From the sequence record PX880102.1: a DNA stretch of 64,000 nucleotides, one strand, 5' to 3'. The notes below the pieces were generated by a model. The model was not told the origin of the DNA and did no database searches. It was given only the letters and a program-made list of their open reading frames with translations. The translations under genes and the position numbers were made by a program. This document shows positions 13,313 to 23,547 of the stretch, one piece after another. The stretch comes from a phage. Each line of letters starts with the position of its first letter. Positions within the stretch are counted from its first letter, which is position 1.

Positions 13313-14731
13313 TTATGGATAGGTATAGATGATACCAGTTTCTAAAGCAGTTTTATGAATGATGTATCCATTACGTGATTCTTGAACATCAACTTCTGGA
13401 TAGTCTTTCATCATCTTCTGAAGAGTGTAACGATGCAGGTAGTATTTACTATCTGGATCTTCAGTTTTCCAATCTTTACCTTCTTCAGTCATTTTTTGGA
13501 TTTCATCCATAACCCACCAACCGCACCAGATATAAGCCGAAGTACGATGTGGAAGAGGATGAACATAAGGTAATTCACCTTCTGGTTCCGGAGCAACTTT
13601 ATCAGTTACCTGAACTTGACCCGTTGCTTTAACTGTTTTACTATCATAGTCAGTTGCTGTAACGACAGCAGTAACTTCAATAGTTTGACTTCCAATAGAT
13701 GAGGTGTCAACGGTGTATACGTTAGTTGACCCTTCCACAGGAGAAGAATCTTTCTTCCATGAATAAGTAATTTGTGCTGCTTCAGGTGCTCCAGTAACAT
13801 TAGCTGTAAATGTAGCCGAAGCATCTTGCTGAACGTTAATAGAAGGAGGAGTCAATGCAACCTGTGGATTCATTGTCTTCTTATTAACCGTCAGTGACAC
13901 TTCGTTGGAAGTAACTTCCTTTTCATTGTAATTTTCTGCAGTTACTTGCGCTACGCATTTAATTCTTTTTACTCCACTTGTAGTTGGAGTATAGTTAAAT
14001 GTAGAGTTAGTTTCTCCACCAATTTGAGAATCATCTACATACCACTTATATGTAGCAGACGCTCCATCAGGTTGAGAAACCAAGGCAGCAGTAAATTGAA
14101 CTGGGGTTCCAATTACTCCAGCTGAAGGACTATCAGGAGTTACAGCTAAAGTAGTCGCTTGGGTTTTCTTGTTAACAGTCAGTGACACTTCATTAGAAGT
14201 AACGCTCAATGTATCATAATCAGTTGCGGTTACTTGAGCTATGCACTTGATTTTTTTAACTCCGCTTGTGGCAGGAGTGTAATTGAATGTAGCAGAAGTT
14301 GCTTCGCTTACAGGAGAACCGTCAACGTGCCATTGATACGTAGCGTTTGCACCTGATGGCTGTGAAGCTAAGGCAGCAGTAAATTGGACAGCTGTTCCGA
14401 TTACTCCAGCATCAGGGCTATCAGGAGTTACGGCTAATGTAGTTGTCTGTGTTTTATTTTTGACTGTGATAGTTGTCGTAGTTTCTGCTGTTTCAGGTTC
14501 AGATTCTGGAACTGTATTTGTTGCAACGACTTTAATAGTCTTTTGACCGGCAGGTCCTTTTAATACATAATCAAAAGTTGCTTCAGCTCCATCTTGTGGA
14601 ACATCGTCTACAGTCCAAGCATAGGTAATAGTTCCACCTCCAGTTTCACCATTGGGTGTAGCAGTAAACTGCTTAGTTTCATCAATAACCCCTGTTGGTG
14701 TTTTAGGAGTTATATCAACTGTAAAAGCCAT
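13313..14731 (-). CDS. hoc: Hoc outer capsid decoration protein (472 aa) with four tandem Ig-like domains
   Basis: Tandem ~96 aa Ig-like repeats, capsid-binding C-terminus, position as T4 hoc; longer than T4 Hoc (376 aa as recalled). Confidence 0.88.
   Translation of the reverse strand: MAFTVDITPKTPTGVIDETKQFTATPNGETGGGTITYAWTVDDVPQDGAEATFDYVLKGPAGQKTIKVVATNTVPESEPETAETTTTITVKNKTQTTTLAVTPDSPDAGVIGTAVQFTAALASQPSGANATYQWHVDGSPVSEATSATFNYTPATSGVKKIKCIAQVTATDYDTLSVTSNEVSLTVNKKTQATTLAVTPDSPSAGVIGTPVQFTAALVSQPDGASATYKWYVDDSQIGGETNSTFNYTPTTSGVKRIKCVAQVTAENYNEKEVTSNEVSLTVNKKTMNPQVALTPPSINVQQDASATFTANVTGAPEAAQITYSWKKDSSPVEGSTNVYTVDTSSIGSQTIEVTAVVTATDYDSKTVKATGQVQVTDKVAPEPEGELPYVHPLPHRTSAYIWCGWWVMDEIQKMTEEGKDWKTEDPDSKYYLHRYTLQKMMKDYPEVDVQESRNGYIIHKTALETGIIYTYP
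13886..14461 (-). repeat. Tandem in-frame duplication of a 288 bp Ig-like domain unit within hoc
   Basis: Two adjacent 96-codon units (Hoc residues 91-186 and 187-282), ~75 percent identical at protein level with near-identical DNA stretches. Confidence 0.8.
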
Positions 14732-14740
14732 AAGTTATCC

Positions 14741-15421
14741 TTATTTTAATGTTACGAAAGAAGAATTACGTGTTTCACGAATTAGAACTGATCCGTCGCG
14801 ATTAATGTAATAAATTAAGCTAAACAAAGTTTGATGCGCAGACGCATGTTCAAAACTGGTTGGGCGAGATTTCCAATCCGGAGTTTCAGCAATCCACTGG
14901 TAAATCCACCAAGGAACAGTACAGAATCCTGGATTTTTTCCAATCAGCTGAAGATTCGGACTAAAGTTTTCCGGAAGAGTAAATACAGACGGCTTTTCAG
15001 ATTCAATAATCTCAGCTACAGCCTGTTCGAATTTTTCTTCAACAAAAGGAGTATCTTCAATCAAAACATCGGTATTTTCAGGAATTTTATCCGTTTCTAC
15101 TACTTCAATTTTAATGTCAGATTTAACCGGAGAATCAATCAGAAGTGCTGCCTCTGGATTGACTTCTTCATCGTCATATTTTAATCCGTCTGCGGCATCA
15201 GCAGCATCAATTAAGTCTTTAATAGATAACCCATCAGTCTCTGGCATAGGTTCACTAGCGAGCTTCTGGAGGGCTTCTTCAATATCATTAACGATATTAT
15301 CAAAAGATTTGTTCTTTTTGACCTTTATACCAAACTGTTCAGCATATTCAGCTAATTTAGCTTTAGCTTCTTTATTATCATCAAGAGCCTTCAACTCTGC
15401 AATATAATCTTTATCTATCAT
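14741..15421 (-). CDS. inh: Inh, inhibitor of prohead protease (226 aa)
   Basis: 226 aa, position between hoc and uvsW as in T4. Confidence 0.75.
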   Translation of the reverse strand: MIDKDYIAELKALDDNKEAKAKLAEYAEQFGIKVKKNKSFDNIVNDIEEALQKLASEPMPETDGLSIKDLIDAADAADGLKYDDEEVNPEAALLIDSPVKSDIKIEVVETDKIPENTDVLIEDTPFVEEKFEQAVAEIIESEKPSVFTLPENFSPNLQLIGKNPGFCTVPWWIYQWIAETPDWKSRPTSFEHASAHQTLFSLIYYINRDGSVLIRETRNSSFVTLK

Positions 15422-15434
15422 AATATTTCCTCAG

Positions 15435-15442
15435 TATAAATA
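15435..15442 (+). promoter_or_regulatory. Late promoter TATAAATA for uvsW
   Basis: Exact TATAAATA 29 bp upstream of uvsW ATG. Confidence 0.65.
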
Positions 15443-15471
15443 TAGATATATTTATTACATGGTATTTAGAC

Positions 15472-16983
15472 ATGACTGACATTAAAGTACATTTTTATGA
15501 TTTTAGTCACGTGAGAATTGATTGTGAAGAAAGTACATTTCATGAACTCCGTGATTTCTTTAGCTTTGAAGCTGATGGTTATCGTTTTAATCCGAAGTAC
15601 AAATATGGTCACTGGGATGGACGAATCCGTCTTTTAGATTATAATCGCCTTCTTCCGTTTGGCTTAGTCGGGCAAATTAAAAAGTTCTGTGATAACTTTG
15701 GCTATAAAGCCTGGATTGACCCACAGATTAACGAAAAAGAAGAATTATCAAGAAAAGATTTTGATGAATGGCTTTCTAAATTAGAAATCTATTCAGGAAA
15801 TAAAAGAATTGAACCGCACTGGTATCAAAAAGATGCAGTGTTCGAAGGATTAGTTAATCGTCGTAGAATTCTTAATCTTCCAACATCCGCAGGTAAATCT
15901 TTAATTCAAGCTTTGCTTGCTCGGTATTATTTGGAAAATTATGAAGGTAAAATTCTTATCATTGTTCCAACAACTGCTCTGACAGCTCAGATGGCTGATG
16001 ACTTTGTTGACTATCGTTTATTCAGTCATGCAATGATAAAGAAAATCGGCGGTGGAGCATCAAAAGATGATAAATATAAAAATGATGCACCGGTCGTTGT
16101 TGGTACATGGCAAACTGTAGTAAAACAACCGAAAGAATGGTTCTCACAGTTTGGAATGATGATGAATGATGAATGCCATCTTGCTACAGGAAAAAGTATT
16201 TCATCTATCATATCAGGTTTAAATAACTGTATGTTTAAATTTGGTTTGTCTGGTTCATTGCGCGATGGCAAAGCTAATATCATGCAGTATGTTGGAATGT
16301 TTGGTGAAATATTTAAGCCAGTAACGACTTCTAAATTAATGGAAGATGGACAAGTAACTGAGTTAAAAATTAATAGCATTTTTCTTCGCTATCCCGATGA
16401 GTTCACTACTAAATTAAAGGGAAAAACTTACCAAGAAGAAATAAAAATTATTACTGGGCTCAGTAAAAGAAATAAATGGATCGCTAAATTAGCTATTAAG
16501 CTTGCGCAAAAAGATGAAAACGCTTTTGTCATGTTTAAACACGTATCGCACGGTAAAGCTATTTTCGATTTAATTAAAAATGAATACGATAAAGTTTATT
16601 ACGTATCAGGGGAAGTTGATACCGAAACCCGCAATATAATGAAAACCTTAGCTGAAAACGGTAAAGGAATAATTATAGTAGCTAGTTATGGTGTGTTTTC
16701 TACTGGTATTTCAGTTAAAAATCTGCATCACGTTGTTTTAGCACACGGTGTTAAATCTAAAATTATTGTATTGCAAACAATAGGTCGCGTATTACGTAAG
16801 CATGGTTCTAAAACAATCGCAACAGTCTGGGACCTCATCGATGATTGTGGTGTTAAGCCAAAATCTGCTAATACGAAAAAGAAATACGTTCATTTGAACT
16901 ATCTTTTAAAACACGGCATTGATCGTATTCAGCGCTACGCAGATGAAAAATTTAATTACGTAATGAAAACAGTTAATTTATAA
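15472..16983 (+). CDS. uvsW: UvsW SF2 helicase (503 aa)
   Basis: Walker A LPTSAGKS, DECH box; length about that of T4 UvsW; late promoter upstream. Confidence 0.92.
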   Translation: MTDIKVHFYDFSHVRIDCEESTFHELRDFFSFEADGYRFNPKYKYGHWDGRIRLLDYNRLLPFGLVGQIKKFCDNFGYKAWIDPQINEKEELSRKDFDEWLSKLEIYSGNKRIEPHWYQKDAVFEGLVNRRRILNLPTSAGKSLIQALLARYYLENYEGKILIIVPTTALTAQMADDFVDYRLFSHAMIKKIGGGASKDDKYKNDAPVVVGTWQTVVKQPKEWFSQFGMMMNDECHLATGKSISSIISGLNNCMFKFGLSGSLRDGKANIMQYVGMFGEIFKPVTTSKLMEDGQVTELKINSIFLRYPDEFTTKLKGKTYQEEIKIITGLSKRNKWIAKLAIKLAQKDENAFVMFKHVSHGKAIFDLIKNEYDKVYYVSGEVDTETRNIMKTLAENGKGIIIVASYGVFSTGISVKNLHHVVLAHGVKSKIIVLQTIGRVLRKHGSKTIATVWDLIDDCGVKPKSANTKKKYVHLNYLLKHGIDRIQRYADEKFNYVMKTVNL

Positions 16984-16999
16984 GGGCTTCGGCCCTTTG
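16984..16999 (+). terminator. Short GC hairpin (UUCG loop) between uvsW and uvsW.1; attenuator or weak terminator
   Basis: GGGC-TTCG-GCCC followed by TTT, then the uvsW.1 start. Confidence 0.45.
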
Positions 17000-17008
17000 G
17001 AGAAAAAG

Positions 17009-17239
17009 ATGTTACTAGAATTTAAACAATTTCTTTATGAAGCTTCTATTGATGAATTTATGGGTAAAATTGCCTCTTGTCAAACGATAGAAGGTCTAGA
17101 AGAACTTGAAGCTTATTATAAGAAAAGAGTTAAAGAAACTGAATTAAAAGATACTGATGACATCTCAGTCAGAGATGCTTTGGCAGGAAAAAGAGCTGAA
17201 TTAGAAGATTCAGACGATGAAGTAGAAGAAAGCTTTTAA
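17009..17239 (+). CDS. uvsW.1: UvsW.1 small protein (76 aa from ATG 17009; ORF track starts at TTG 16997)
   Basis: 76 aa from first ATG as recalled for T4 UvsW.1; follows uvsW after a short hairpin. Confidence 0.7.
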   Translation: MLLEFKQFLYEASIDEFMGKIASCQTIEGLEELEAYYKKRVKETELKDTDDISVRDALAGKRAELEDSDDEVEESF

Positions 17240-17294
17240 ATTAAAAAAGGCCCAACCAAAAAGGAAGGGCCAAAACTATAGACTAAAGGTCACA

Positions 17295-17462
17295 CTATAG
17301 CAAAAGTTGTGTTTCATTTAATTGTTCTTCCGAACTTTCTGAAACTGGTAGTTCTTTAATGTAATTATAACAAGGCCCAGGATGTACAGGACCTTTGTCT
17401 GTTTCAACAACCAATGCAGAATCGATTGGAGTTTTACAGACAACACAAATCTTATCTGACAT
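17295..17462 (-). CDS. Small Cys-rich protein (55 aa from internal Met; putative zinc ribbon), T4 uvsY.-2 position
   Basis: CVVCKTP...GPCYNY cysteine pairs; late promoter TATAAATA on minus strand 26 nt upstream of this ATG. Confidence 0.55.
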   Translation of the reverse strand: MSDKICVVCKTPIDSALVVETDKGPVHPGPCYNYIKELPVSESSEEQLNETQLLL

Positions 17463-17487
17463 GATTGTCTCCTTTTGAATATAGTAA

Positions 17488-17495
17488 TATTTATA
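17488..17495 (-). promoter_or_regulatory. Late promoter (TATAAATA on minus strand) upstream of the small Cys-rich ORF
   Basis: Plus-strand TATTTATA 26 nt upstream of ATG at 17462. Confidence 0.55.
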
Positions 17496-17585
17496 AACCC
17501 ATTTTAATCCGCATTTCTTGCACACGGATTAAGCAAGCTTCCATCTCTGCTAATAGTCGAAATACTTCTTTATAATCTGTCATAT

Positions 17586-17813
17586 TTACCCCATATCTCT
17601 CATATGCATATCAATGCCCATATCTTTAGAATAAAAATATTCATCAAGATATCCGGCAAATTTTCCTTTAACATAAAGTACATCTTCACCGCATGGATGA
17701 TCGGCCAGGATACGAATATCCTGACGCTTGAGATTATACTTTTTCATTAAGAATTGAATTTCCGTTTCGAATTCTTCTTCATAATTAAAAGCATCATCAA
17801 TGCTATATCTCAT
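17586..17813 (-). CDS. Small hypothetical protein (75 aa), T4 uvsY.-1 position
   Basis: ORF immediately downstream of uvsY with 1-nt stop/start overlap. Confidence 0.6.
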   Translation of the reverse strand: MRYSIDDAFNYEEEFETEIQFLMKKYNLKRQDIRILADHPCGEDVLYVKGKFAGYLDEYFYSKDMGIDMHMRDMG

Positions 17814-18226
17814 TATTTTCCAGCCTCAAATGCTCGCATGTCTTGAATATGCTTAATAGCAAATCCGCGTGATTTAATAGCATCAAGAGCTCCGCTACAG
17901 AAATCCAATAAAATTCCCCAATATTGCAATGAAGTATCAACTTTTAAAACATCCTTATCAGCTGATAGAACTGTCTTCATTTCTGATTTCTCATAACGGT
18001 CCATACTAAATTCATCACCATCTCCTCGTCCCGAGTAGTAGTCTAATCTAGCTTTAAGAGCAACTTTTTTCTGTGCGTCAATTCTAAGCATTTCCTTTTT
18101 AATACTTGAATGCTTATTGAGCCATTTACTATATAACATCACATTATTAGCTGCTTCATACTGTAATTTAGTCGAATCTATAAACACATCTTTCTTCAAT
18201 TCTTCTTGAAGATCTTCTAATTTCAT
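17813..18226 (-). CDS. uvsY: UvsY recombination mediator (137 aa)
   Basis: 137 aa as T4 UvsY; canonical MotA-box middle promoter upstream. Confidence 0.9.
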   Translation of the reverse strand: MKLEDLQEELKKDVFIDSTKLQYEAANNVMLYSKWLNKHSSIKKEMLRIDAQKKVALKARLDYYSGRGDGDEFSMDRYEKSEMKTVLSADKDVLKVDTSLQYWGILLDFCSGALDAIKSRGFAIKHIQDMRAFEAGK

Positions 18227-18266
18227 ATTGTTCTCTATTCAATTGTTATTGGATGGACTTAGATTC

Positions 18267-18294
18267 ATTATACCACGTTTATACGTGAAGCATT
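18267..18294 (-). promoter_or_regulatory. MotA-dependent middle promoter for uvsY: MotA box AATGCTTCA plus -10 TATAAT
   Basis: Minus strand reads AATGCTTCA-13 nt-TATAAT about 35-65 nt upstream of uvsY ATG. Confidence 0.65.
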
Positions 18295-18691
18295 ATACTC
18301 TGTTACTGGAAGCCAGTTGTAGTTTTATCTGCTCAATATCATCAGGGTTATCGATGACTGAAAAGCGTATTTCTACTATCAGAGTATAATCATCATAAAC
18401 CGGTATTACATTAACTGCTAATTTATCAATACGTGGCTCGTAGTTTCTTACTGCGCTTTCAATGTTACGCTCAACAGTATCAGCAGTAAGAGGAGTCATA
18501 TTCTCAAAAAGTTGGTCAGATAAATCGCATCCAAATTCTGGGTCAAATGGCCTTGACCCTTTCCTGGTTGTAATAATTCCTAAAAGGCTATTTTTAATTG
18601 ACCTTAATCCAAGAGATCTTGAAACATCTTTGTCCCAATCCATTTTCATCTCTGGGTCAATATCAGAATAAAGCTTATTAATATTTGCCAT
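18293..18691 (-). CDS. 25: Baseplate wedge protein gp25 (132 aa)
   Basis: 132 aa as T4 gp25; synteny. Confidence 0.9.
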   Translation of the reverse strand: MANINKLYSDIDPEMKMDWDKDVSRSLGLRSIKNSLLGIITTRKGSRPFDPEFGCDLSDQLFENMTPLTADTVERNIESAVRNYEPRIDKLAVNVIPVYDDYTLIVEIRFSVIDNPDDIEQIKLQLASSNRV

Positions 18692-19317
18692 TACAATAGC
18701 TCAAAGAATTCTTTGAGTCCTCTTATTACATGAGCGTGAGTTTTTCCACACTCTGGACACTTAATTGGAACAGCCAAATAAACAGTAGGCTTTAAAAGCA
18801 TATCTTTTATAGCTACAATATCTGACTCTGTGATGATAGAATATAAATCTTCCAACTCTTTTTCATTCAAGTCTTCAACTGGAATGCTTTCCCCGTTAGC
18901 GTGAATCGTTTCTATACATGATACTATCATGTGGGCTATATTTTTATCATCAAAAATTTTAGGGTAATGGAATTTAATTTTAATGTCACCCAGTGTATAC
19001 CAGAGATCTTCTGGTGCATCTATTTGTGTATGTAATAGATTTATATGGGTTGGTATTTCAGTTCCGCAGGTGCACTTCCAGGAGTTTTCGTGATTAACTT
19101 CGCCAAGAGAATGTGCCCATAAATGAATCAGCAGTAGTTCTGATTCTTGACGATTTAAATCTTTTGCATTTGTGCAGTCTTTGATTAGCTTTTTAACAAT
19201 TACTTCTACGGAACCATTATTTTTGGCAGTAATAAGTTCTAGATATTCTTTAAGCGTGAATGTGCGACAATTGATTATTTTAGAACCAACTCTCACATCA
19301 AATTTGTATTCATACAT
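18691..19317 (-). CDS. 26: Baseplate hub protein gp26 (208 aa)
   Basis: 208 aa as T4 gp26; divergent from gene 51 across a palindromic late promoter. Confidence 0.85.
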   Translation of the reverse strand: MYEYKFDVRVGSKIINCRTFTLKEYLELITAKNNGSVEVIVKKLIKDCTNAKDLNRQESELLLIHLWAHSLGEVNHENSWKCTCGTEIPTHINLLHTQIDAPEDLWYTLGDIKIKFHYPKIFDDKNIAHMIVSCIETIHANGESIPVEDLNEKELEDLYSIITESDIVAIKDMLLKPTVYLAVPIKCPECGKTHAHVIRGLKEFFELL

Positions 19318-19338
19318 ATTTAGCTCCTTTATTTATCA

Positions 19339-19350
19339 TATTTATAAATA
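19339..19350. promoter_or_regulatory. Palindromic TATTTATAAATA holding back-to-back late promoters for genes 26 (-) and 51 (+)
   Basis: 12 bp perfect palindrome in the 50 bp divergent intergenic region; TATAAATA readable on both strands. Confidence 0.65.
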
Positions 19351-19367
19351 GAATAAAAGGAGCATCT

Positions 19368-20120
19368 ATGGCAAACATTATTCGTTGTAAATTACCGGAT
19401 GGTGTTCATCGTTTTAAACCATTTACGGTAGAAGATTATCGAGATTTTTTGTTAGTTCGAAACGATATAGAACATCGGTCACCACAAGAACAAAAAGAAG
19501 TAATTGCTGATTTAATTGCTGATTATTTTGGAGACTATCCAAAGACTTGGCAACCATTTATATTTTTGCAGGTATTTGTAGGTTCAATAGGTAAAACTAA
19601 AGTACCAGTCACATTCATATGTCCAAAATGTAAAAAAGAAAAGACAGTTCCATTTGAAATATATCAAAAAGAATTAAAGGAACCTATTTTTGATGTAGCT
19701 AATGTTAAAATTAAATTAAATTTTCCTTCTGAGTTTTATGAAAATAAAGCAAAGATGATTACTGAAAATATTCATTCTGTTCAAGTAGATGAAATGTGGT
19801 ATGATTGGAAGGAAATTAGTGAATCAAGTCAAATAGAACTTGTTGACGCCATCGAGATAGAAACATTAGAAAAAATTCTCGATGCAATGAATCCTATTAA
19901 TTTAACATTGCACATGTCGTGTTGTGATAAGTACATTAAAAAATACACTGATATAGTAGATGTGTTTAAGCTATTAGTTAATCCAGATGAGATATTTACT
20001 TTTTATCAAATTAATCACACGCTTGTAAAAAGTAATTATAGCTTAAATTCAATAATGAAAATGATTCCTGCCGAGCGCGGATTCGTATTAAAACTGATTG
20101 AGAAGGATAAACATCAATGA
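19368..20120 (+). CDS. 51: Baseplate hub assembly protein gp51 (250 aa)
   Basis: Length and position as T4 gp51; late promoter 18 bp upstream. Confidence 0.85.
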   Translation: MANIIRCKLPDGVHRFKPFTVEDYRDFLLVRNDIEHRSPQEQKEVIADLIADYFGDYPKTWQPFIFLQVFVGSIGKTKVPVTFICPKCKKEKTVPFEIYQKELKEPIFDVANVKIKLNFPSEFYENKAKMITENIHSVQVDEMWYDWKEISESSQIELVDAIEIETLEKILDAMNPINLTLHMSCCDKYIKKYTDIVDVFKLLVNPDEIFTFYQINHTLVKSNYSLNSIMKMIPAERGFVLKLIEKDKHQ

Positions 20121-21292
20121 GTATGTTACAACGTCCTGGATATCCAAATCTCAGCGTTAAATTATTTGAGAGTTATGACGCTTGGAGTAATAATAGATTT
20201 GTTGAATTAGCTGCTACTATTACCACATTAACTATGCGGGATTCTCTTTATGGTCGAAATGAAGGAATGCTACAGTTTTATGATTCTAAAAATATCCATA
20301 CAAAAATGGATGGAAATGAAATAATTCAGATTTCTGTAGCTAATGCAAACGATATTAATAATGTTAAAACAAGAATTTATGGATGTAAGCATTTTTCCGT
20401 GTCAGTAGATTCAAAGGGCGATAACATCATTGCTATTGAATTGGGAACTATTCATTCCATAGAAAATCTTAAATTTGGTAGACCGTTTTTCTCTGATGTA
20501 GGTGAATCTATAAAGGAAATGCTTGGCGTAATTTATCAAGACCGTACGCTATTAACTCCAGCAATAAATGCTATAAATGCTTATGTTCCTGATATTCCAT
20601 GGACTAGCACATTTGAAAACTATTTGTCATATGTAAGAGAAGTTGCTCTAGCGGTAGGAAGCGATAAGTTCGTGTTTGTATGGCAAGACATCATGGGAGT
20701 TAACATGATGGACTATGATATGATGATAAATCAAGAACCATATCCAATGATTGTCGGTGAGCCAACTTTAATAGGTCAATTCGTCCAAGAATTGAAATAT
20801 CCATTAGCATATGATTTTGTTTGGTTGACTAAATCAAACCCGCATAAACGCGATCCAATGAAAAATGCTACTATCTATGCTCATTCATTTTTAGATTCTT
20901 CATTACCAATGATTACTACAGGAAAGGGTGAAAACTCTATTGTAGTGTCAAGGTCAGGTGCTTATTCTGAAATGACTTATAGAAATGGATATGAAGAAGC
21001 TATTCGTCTTCAGACTATGGCGCAGTATGATGGTTACGCTAAATGTTCTACTGTCGGTAATTTTAACTTGACTCCTGGCGTTAAAATTATTTTTAATGAT
21101 AGTAAAAACCAATTTAAAACAGAATTTTACGTTGATGAAGTTATCCATGAATTATCCAATAATAATTCAGTAACTCATCTATATATGTTCACTAATGCAA
21201 CGAAACTGGAAACAATAGACCCAGTTAAGGTTAAAAATGAATTTAAATCTGATACTACCACTGAAGAAAGTAGTTCTTCCAATAAGCAATAA
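20117..21292 (+). CDS. 27: Baseplate hub protein gp27 (391 aa)
   Basis: 391 aa as T4 gp27; ATGA overlap with gene 51. Confidence 0.9.
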   Translation: MSMLQRPGYPNLSVKLFESYDAWSNNRFVELAATITTLTMRDSLYGRNEGMLQFYDSKNIHTKMDGNEIIQISVANANDINNVKTRIYGCKHFSVSVDSKGDNIIAIELGTIHSIENLKFGRPFFSDVGESIKEMLGVIYQDRTLLTPAINAINAYVPDIPWTSTFENYLSYVREVALAVGSDKFVFVWQDIMGVNMMDYDMMINQEPYPMIVGEPTLIGQFVQELKYPLAYDFVWLTKSNPHKRDPMKNATIYAHSFLDSSLPMITTGKGENSIVVSRSGAYSEMTYRNGYEEAIRLQTMAQYDGYAKCSTVGNFNLTPGVKIIFNDSKNQFKTEFYVDEVIHELSNNNSVTHLYMFTNATKLETIDPVKVKNEFKSDTTTEESSSSNKQ

Positions 21293-21770
21293 AGAAGTTT
21301 CTATTCCTAAAATGGGTCTTAAACATTATAACATTTTAAAAGATGTTAAAGGTCCTGATGAAAATTTAAAACTTCTTATTGATTCTATTTGTCCGAATTT
21401 ATCACCAGCAGAAGTTGATTTCGTTTCCATTCATTTATTGGAATTTAATGGAAAGATTAAATCTCGTAAAGAAATAGATGGTTATACTTATGACATTAAT
21501 GATGTTTATGTGTGCCAAAGATTAGAATTTCAATACCAAGGAAATACATTTTATTTTAGACCTCCTGGAAAATTTGAACAATTTTTAACGGTGAGCGATA
21601 TGTTATCCAAATGCTTGCTTAAGGTCAATGATGAAGTTAAAGAAATTAATTTTCTTGAGATGCCAGCATTCGTTTTAAAATGGGCAAATGATATTTTTAC
21701 AACTTTAGCAATTCCTGGCCCTAATGGTCCAATAACCGGAATTGGCAATATTATTGGATTATTTGAATGA
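21237..21770 (+). CDS. 28: Baseplate hub distal protein gp28 (177 aa)
   Basis: 177 aa as T4 gp28; 56-nt overlap with gene 27 end. Confidence 0.85.
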   Translation: MNLNLILPLKKVVLPISNKEVSIPKMGLKHYNILKDVKGPDENLKLLIDSICPNLSPAEVDFVSIHLLEFNGKIKSRKEIDGYTYDINDVYVCQRLEFQYQGNTFYFRPPGKFEQFLTVSDMLSKCLLKVNDEVKEINFLEMPAFVLKWANDIFTTLAIPGPNGPITGIGNIIGLFE

Positions 21771-23539
21771 AAAAGCCACAAGAAATGCAAACGATGCGTA
21801 GAAAAGTTATTTCAGATAATAAACCAACACAGGAAGCGGCTAAATCCGCTTCTAACACTTTATCTGGACTTAACGATATATCTACGAAATTGGATGATGC
21901 TCAAACTGCTTCTGAATTAATTGCTCAAACTGTTGAAGAAAAATCGAATGAAATAATTGGAGCAATTGACAATGTAGAAAACGCAGTGAGTGATACTACT
22001 GCTGGTTCTGAGTTAATTGCTGAAACTGTCGAAATTGGCAACAATATTAATAAAGAAATCGGTGAATCACTCGGAAGTAAATTAGATAAATTAACAAGTT
22101 TACTAGAGCAAAAAATCCAGACAGCCGGAATTCAACAAACAGGAACTAGTTTAGCTACGGTTGAAAGCGCTATTCCTGTTAAAGTTGTTGAGGACGATAC
22201 AGCTGAATCCGTGGGTCCTTTATTACCGGCTCCTGAAGCAGTTAATAATGATCCTGATGCTGATTTTTTCCCTACCCCTCAGCCAGTTGAACCCAAACAA
22301 GAATCGCCAGAAGAAAAACAGAAAAAAGAAGCATTTAATTTAAAATTATCTCAAGCTTTAGATAAATTAACAAAGACTGTTGATTTTGGATTTAAAAAAT
22401 CCATTTCAATTACTGATAAAATATCAAGTATGCTATTTAAGTATACTGTCAGTGCTGCTATTGAAGCTGCTAAAATGGTTGCATTAATAATGGCTGTTGT
22501 TATTGGAATAGACCTACTGATGGTTCATTTTAAATATTGGTCAGATAAATTTTCAAAAGCCTGGGATGTGTTTAGCACTGATTTTAAAACTTTTTCAAGC
22601 GAAACCGGAACTTGGGGTCCTTTATTACAGAGCATCTTTGAATCTATTGATGAAATTAAAAAGTTCTGGGAAGCTGGAGACTGGGGTGGATTGACAGTAG
22701 CTATTGTGGAAGGACTTGGAAGTGTTCTTTATAATTTAGGAGAACTTATTCAACTTGGAATGGCTAAATTATCAGCAGCAATTCTTCGAGTTATTCCTGG
22801 TATGAAGGATACCGCTGATGAAGTAGAAGGAAGAGCATTAGAAAATTTCCAAAATTCTACTGGAGCATCTCTCAATAAAGAAGACCAAGAAAAAGTAGCA
22901 AATTATCAAGATAAACGAATGAATGACGATCTTGGTCCAATAGCAAAAGGATTAGATAAAATTGCTAATTGGAAAACCCGTGCATCTAACTGGATTCGTG
23001 GTGTTGATAATAAAGAAGCGTTAACAACTGATGAAGAACGCACAGCAGAAGAAGAAAAATTAAAGCAACTTTCACCAGAAGAAAGAAAAAACGCTTTAAT
23101 GAAGGCTAATGAAGCTCGTGCTGCGATGATTCGTTTTGAAAAATATGCCGATTCAGCTGATATGAGTAAAGACTCAACAGTTAAATCAATTGAAGCCGCT
23201 CATGAAGACCTTAAAAAACGGATGAATGACCCGGATTTAAATAATTCACCTGCAGTTAAAAAGGAGCTTGCTTCTAGATTTGCTAAAATTGATGCTACTT
23301 ATCAAGAGCTTAAGAAAAATCAACCTGAGGCCAAACCTGAAACTTCTGCTAAATCGCCAGAAGCAAAACAAGTCCAGGTAATAGAAAAGAACAAAGCGCA
23401 ACAAGCTCCTGTTCAACAAGCATCTCCTTCAATCAATAATACTAATAATGTTATTAAGAAAAATACTGTCGTTCATAATATGACACCTGTTACGAGTACA
23501 ACTGCTCCTGGTGTATTTGGCGCGACTGGAGTTAATTAA
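21767..23539 (+). CDS. 29: Baseplate hub / tail length determinator gp29 (590 aa)
   Basis: 590 aa as T4 gp29; ATGA overlap with gene 28. Confidence 0.9.
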   Translation: MKKPQEMQTMRRKVISDNKPTQEAAKSASNTLSGLNDISTKLDDAQTASELIAQTVEEKSNEIIGAIDNVENAVSDTTAGSELIAETVEIGNNINKEIGESLGSKLDKLTSLLEQKIQTAGIQQTGTSLATVESAIPVKVVEDDTAESVGPLLPAPEAVNNDPDADFFPTPQPVEPKQESPEEKQKKEAFNLKLSQALDKLTKTVDFGFKKSISITDKISSMLFKYTVSAAIEAAKMVALIMAVVIGIDLLMVHFKYWSDKFSKAWDVFSTDFKTFSSETGTWGPLLQSIFESIDEIKKFWEAGDWGGLTVAIVEGLGSVLYNLGELIQLGMAKLSAAILRVIPGMKDTADEVEGRALENFQNSTGASLNKEDQEKVANYQDKRMNDDLGPIAKGLDKIANWKTRASNWIRGVDNKEALTTDEERTAEEEKLKQLSPEERKNALMKANEARAAMIRFEKYADSADMSKDSTVKSIEAAHEDLKKRMNDPDLNNSPAVKKELASRFAKIDATYQELKKNQPEAKPETSAKSPEAKQVQVIEKNKAQQAPVQQASPSINNTNNVIKKNTVVHNMTPVTSTTAPGVFGATGVN

Positions 23540-23547
23540 GGAATAAT

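Noticed and set aside
17240-17294. GGCCC...GGGCC inverted repeat between uvsW.1 and the Cys-rich ORF as a possible tRNA or small RNA
   Set aside because: Too short and lacks cloverleaf features; most simply a bidirectional terminator between convergent genes.
21237-21292. 56 nt overlap of genes 27 and 28 as a possible frameshift or fusion site
   Set aside because: Both ORFs have the expected T4 lengths with their own start codons; a simple overlap suffices.
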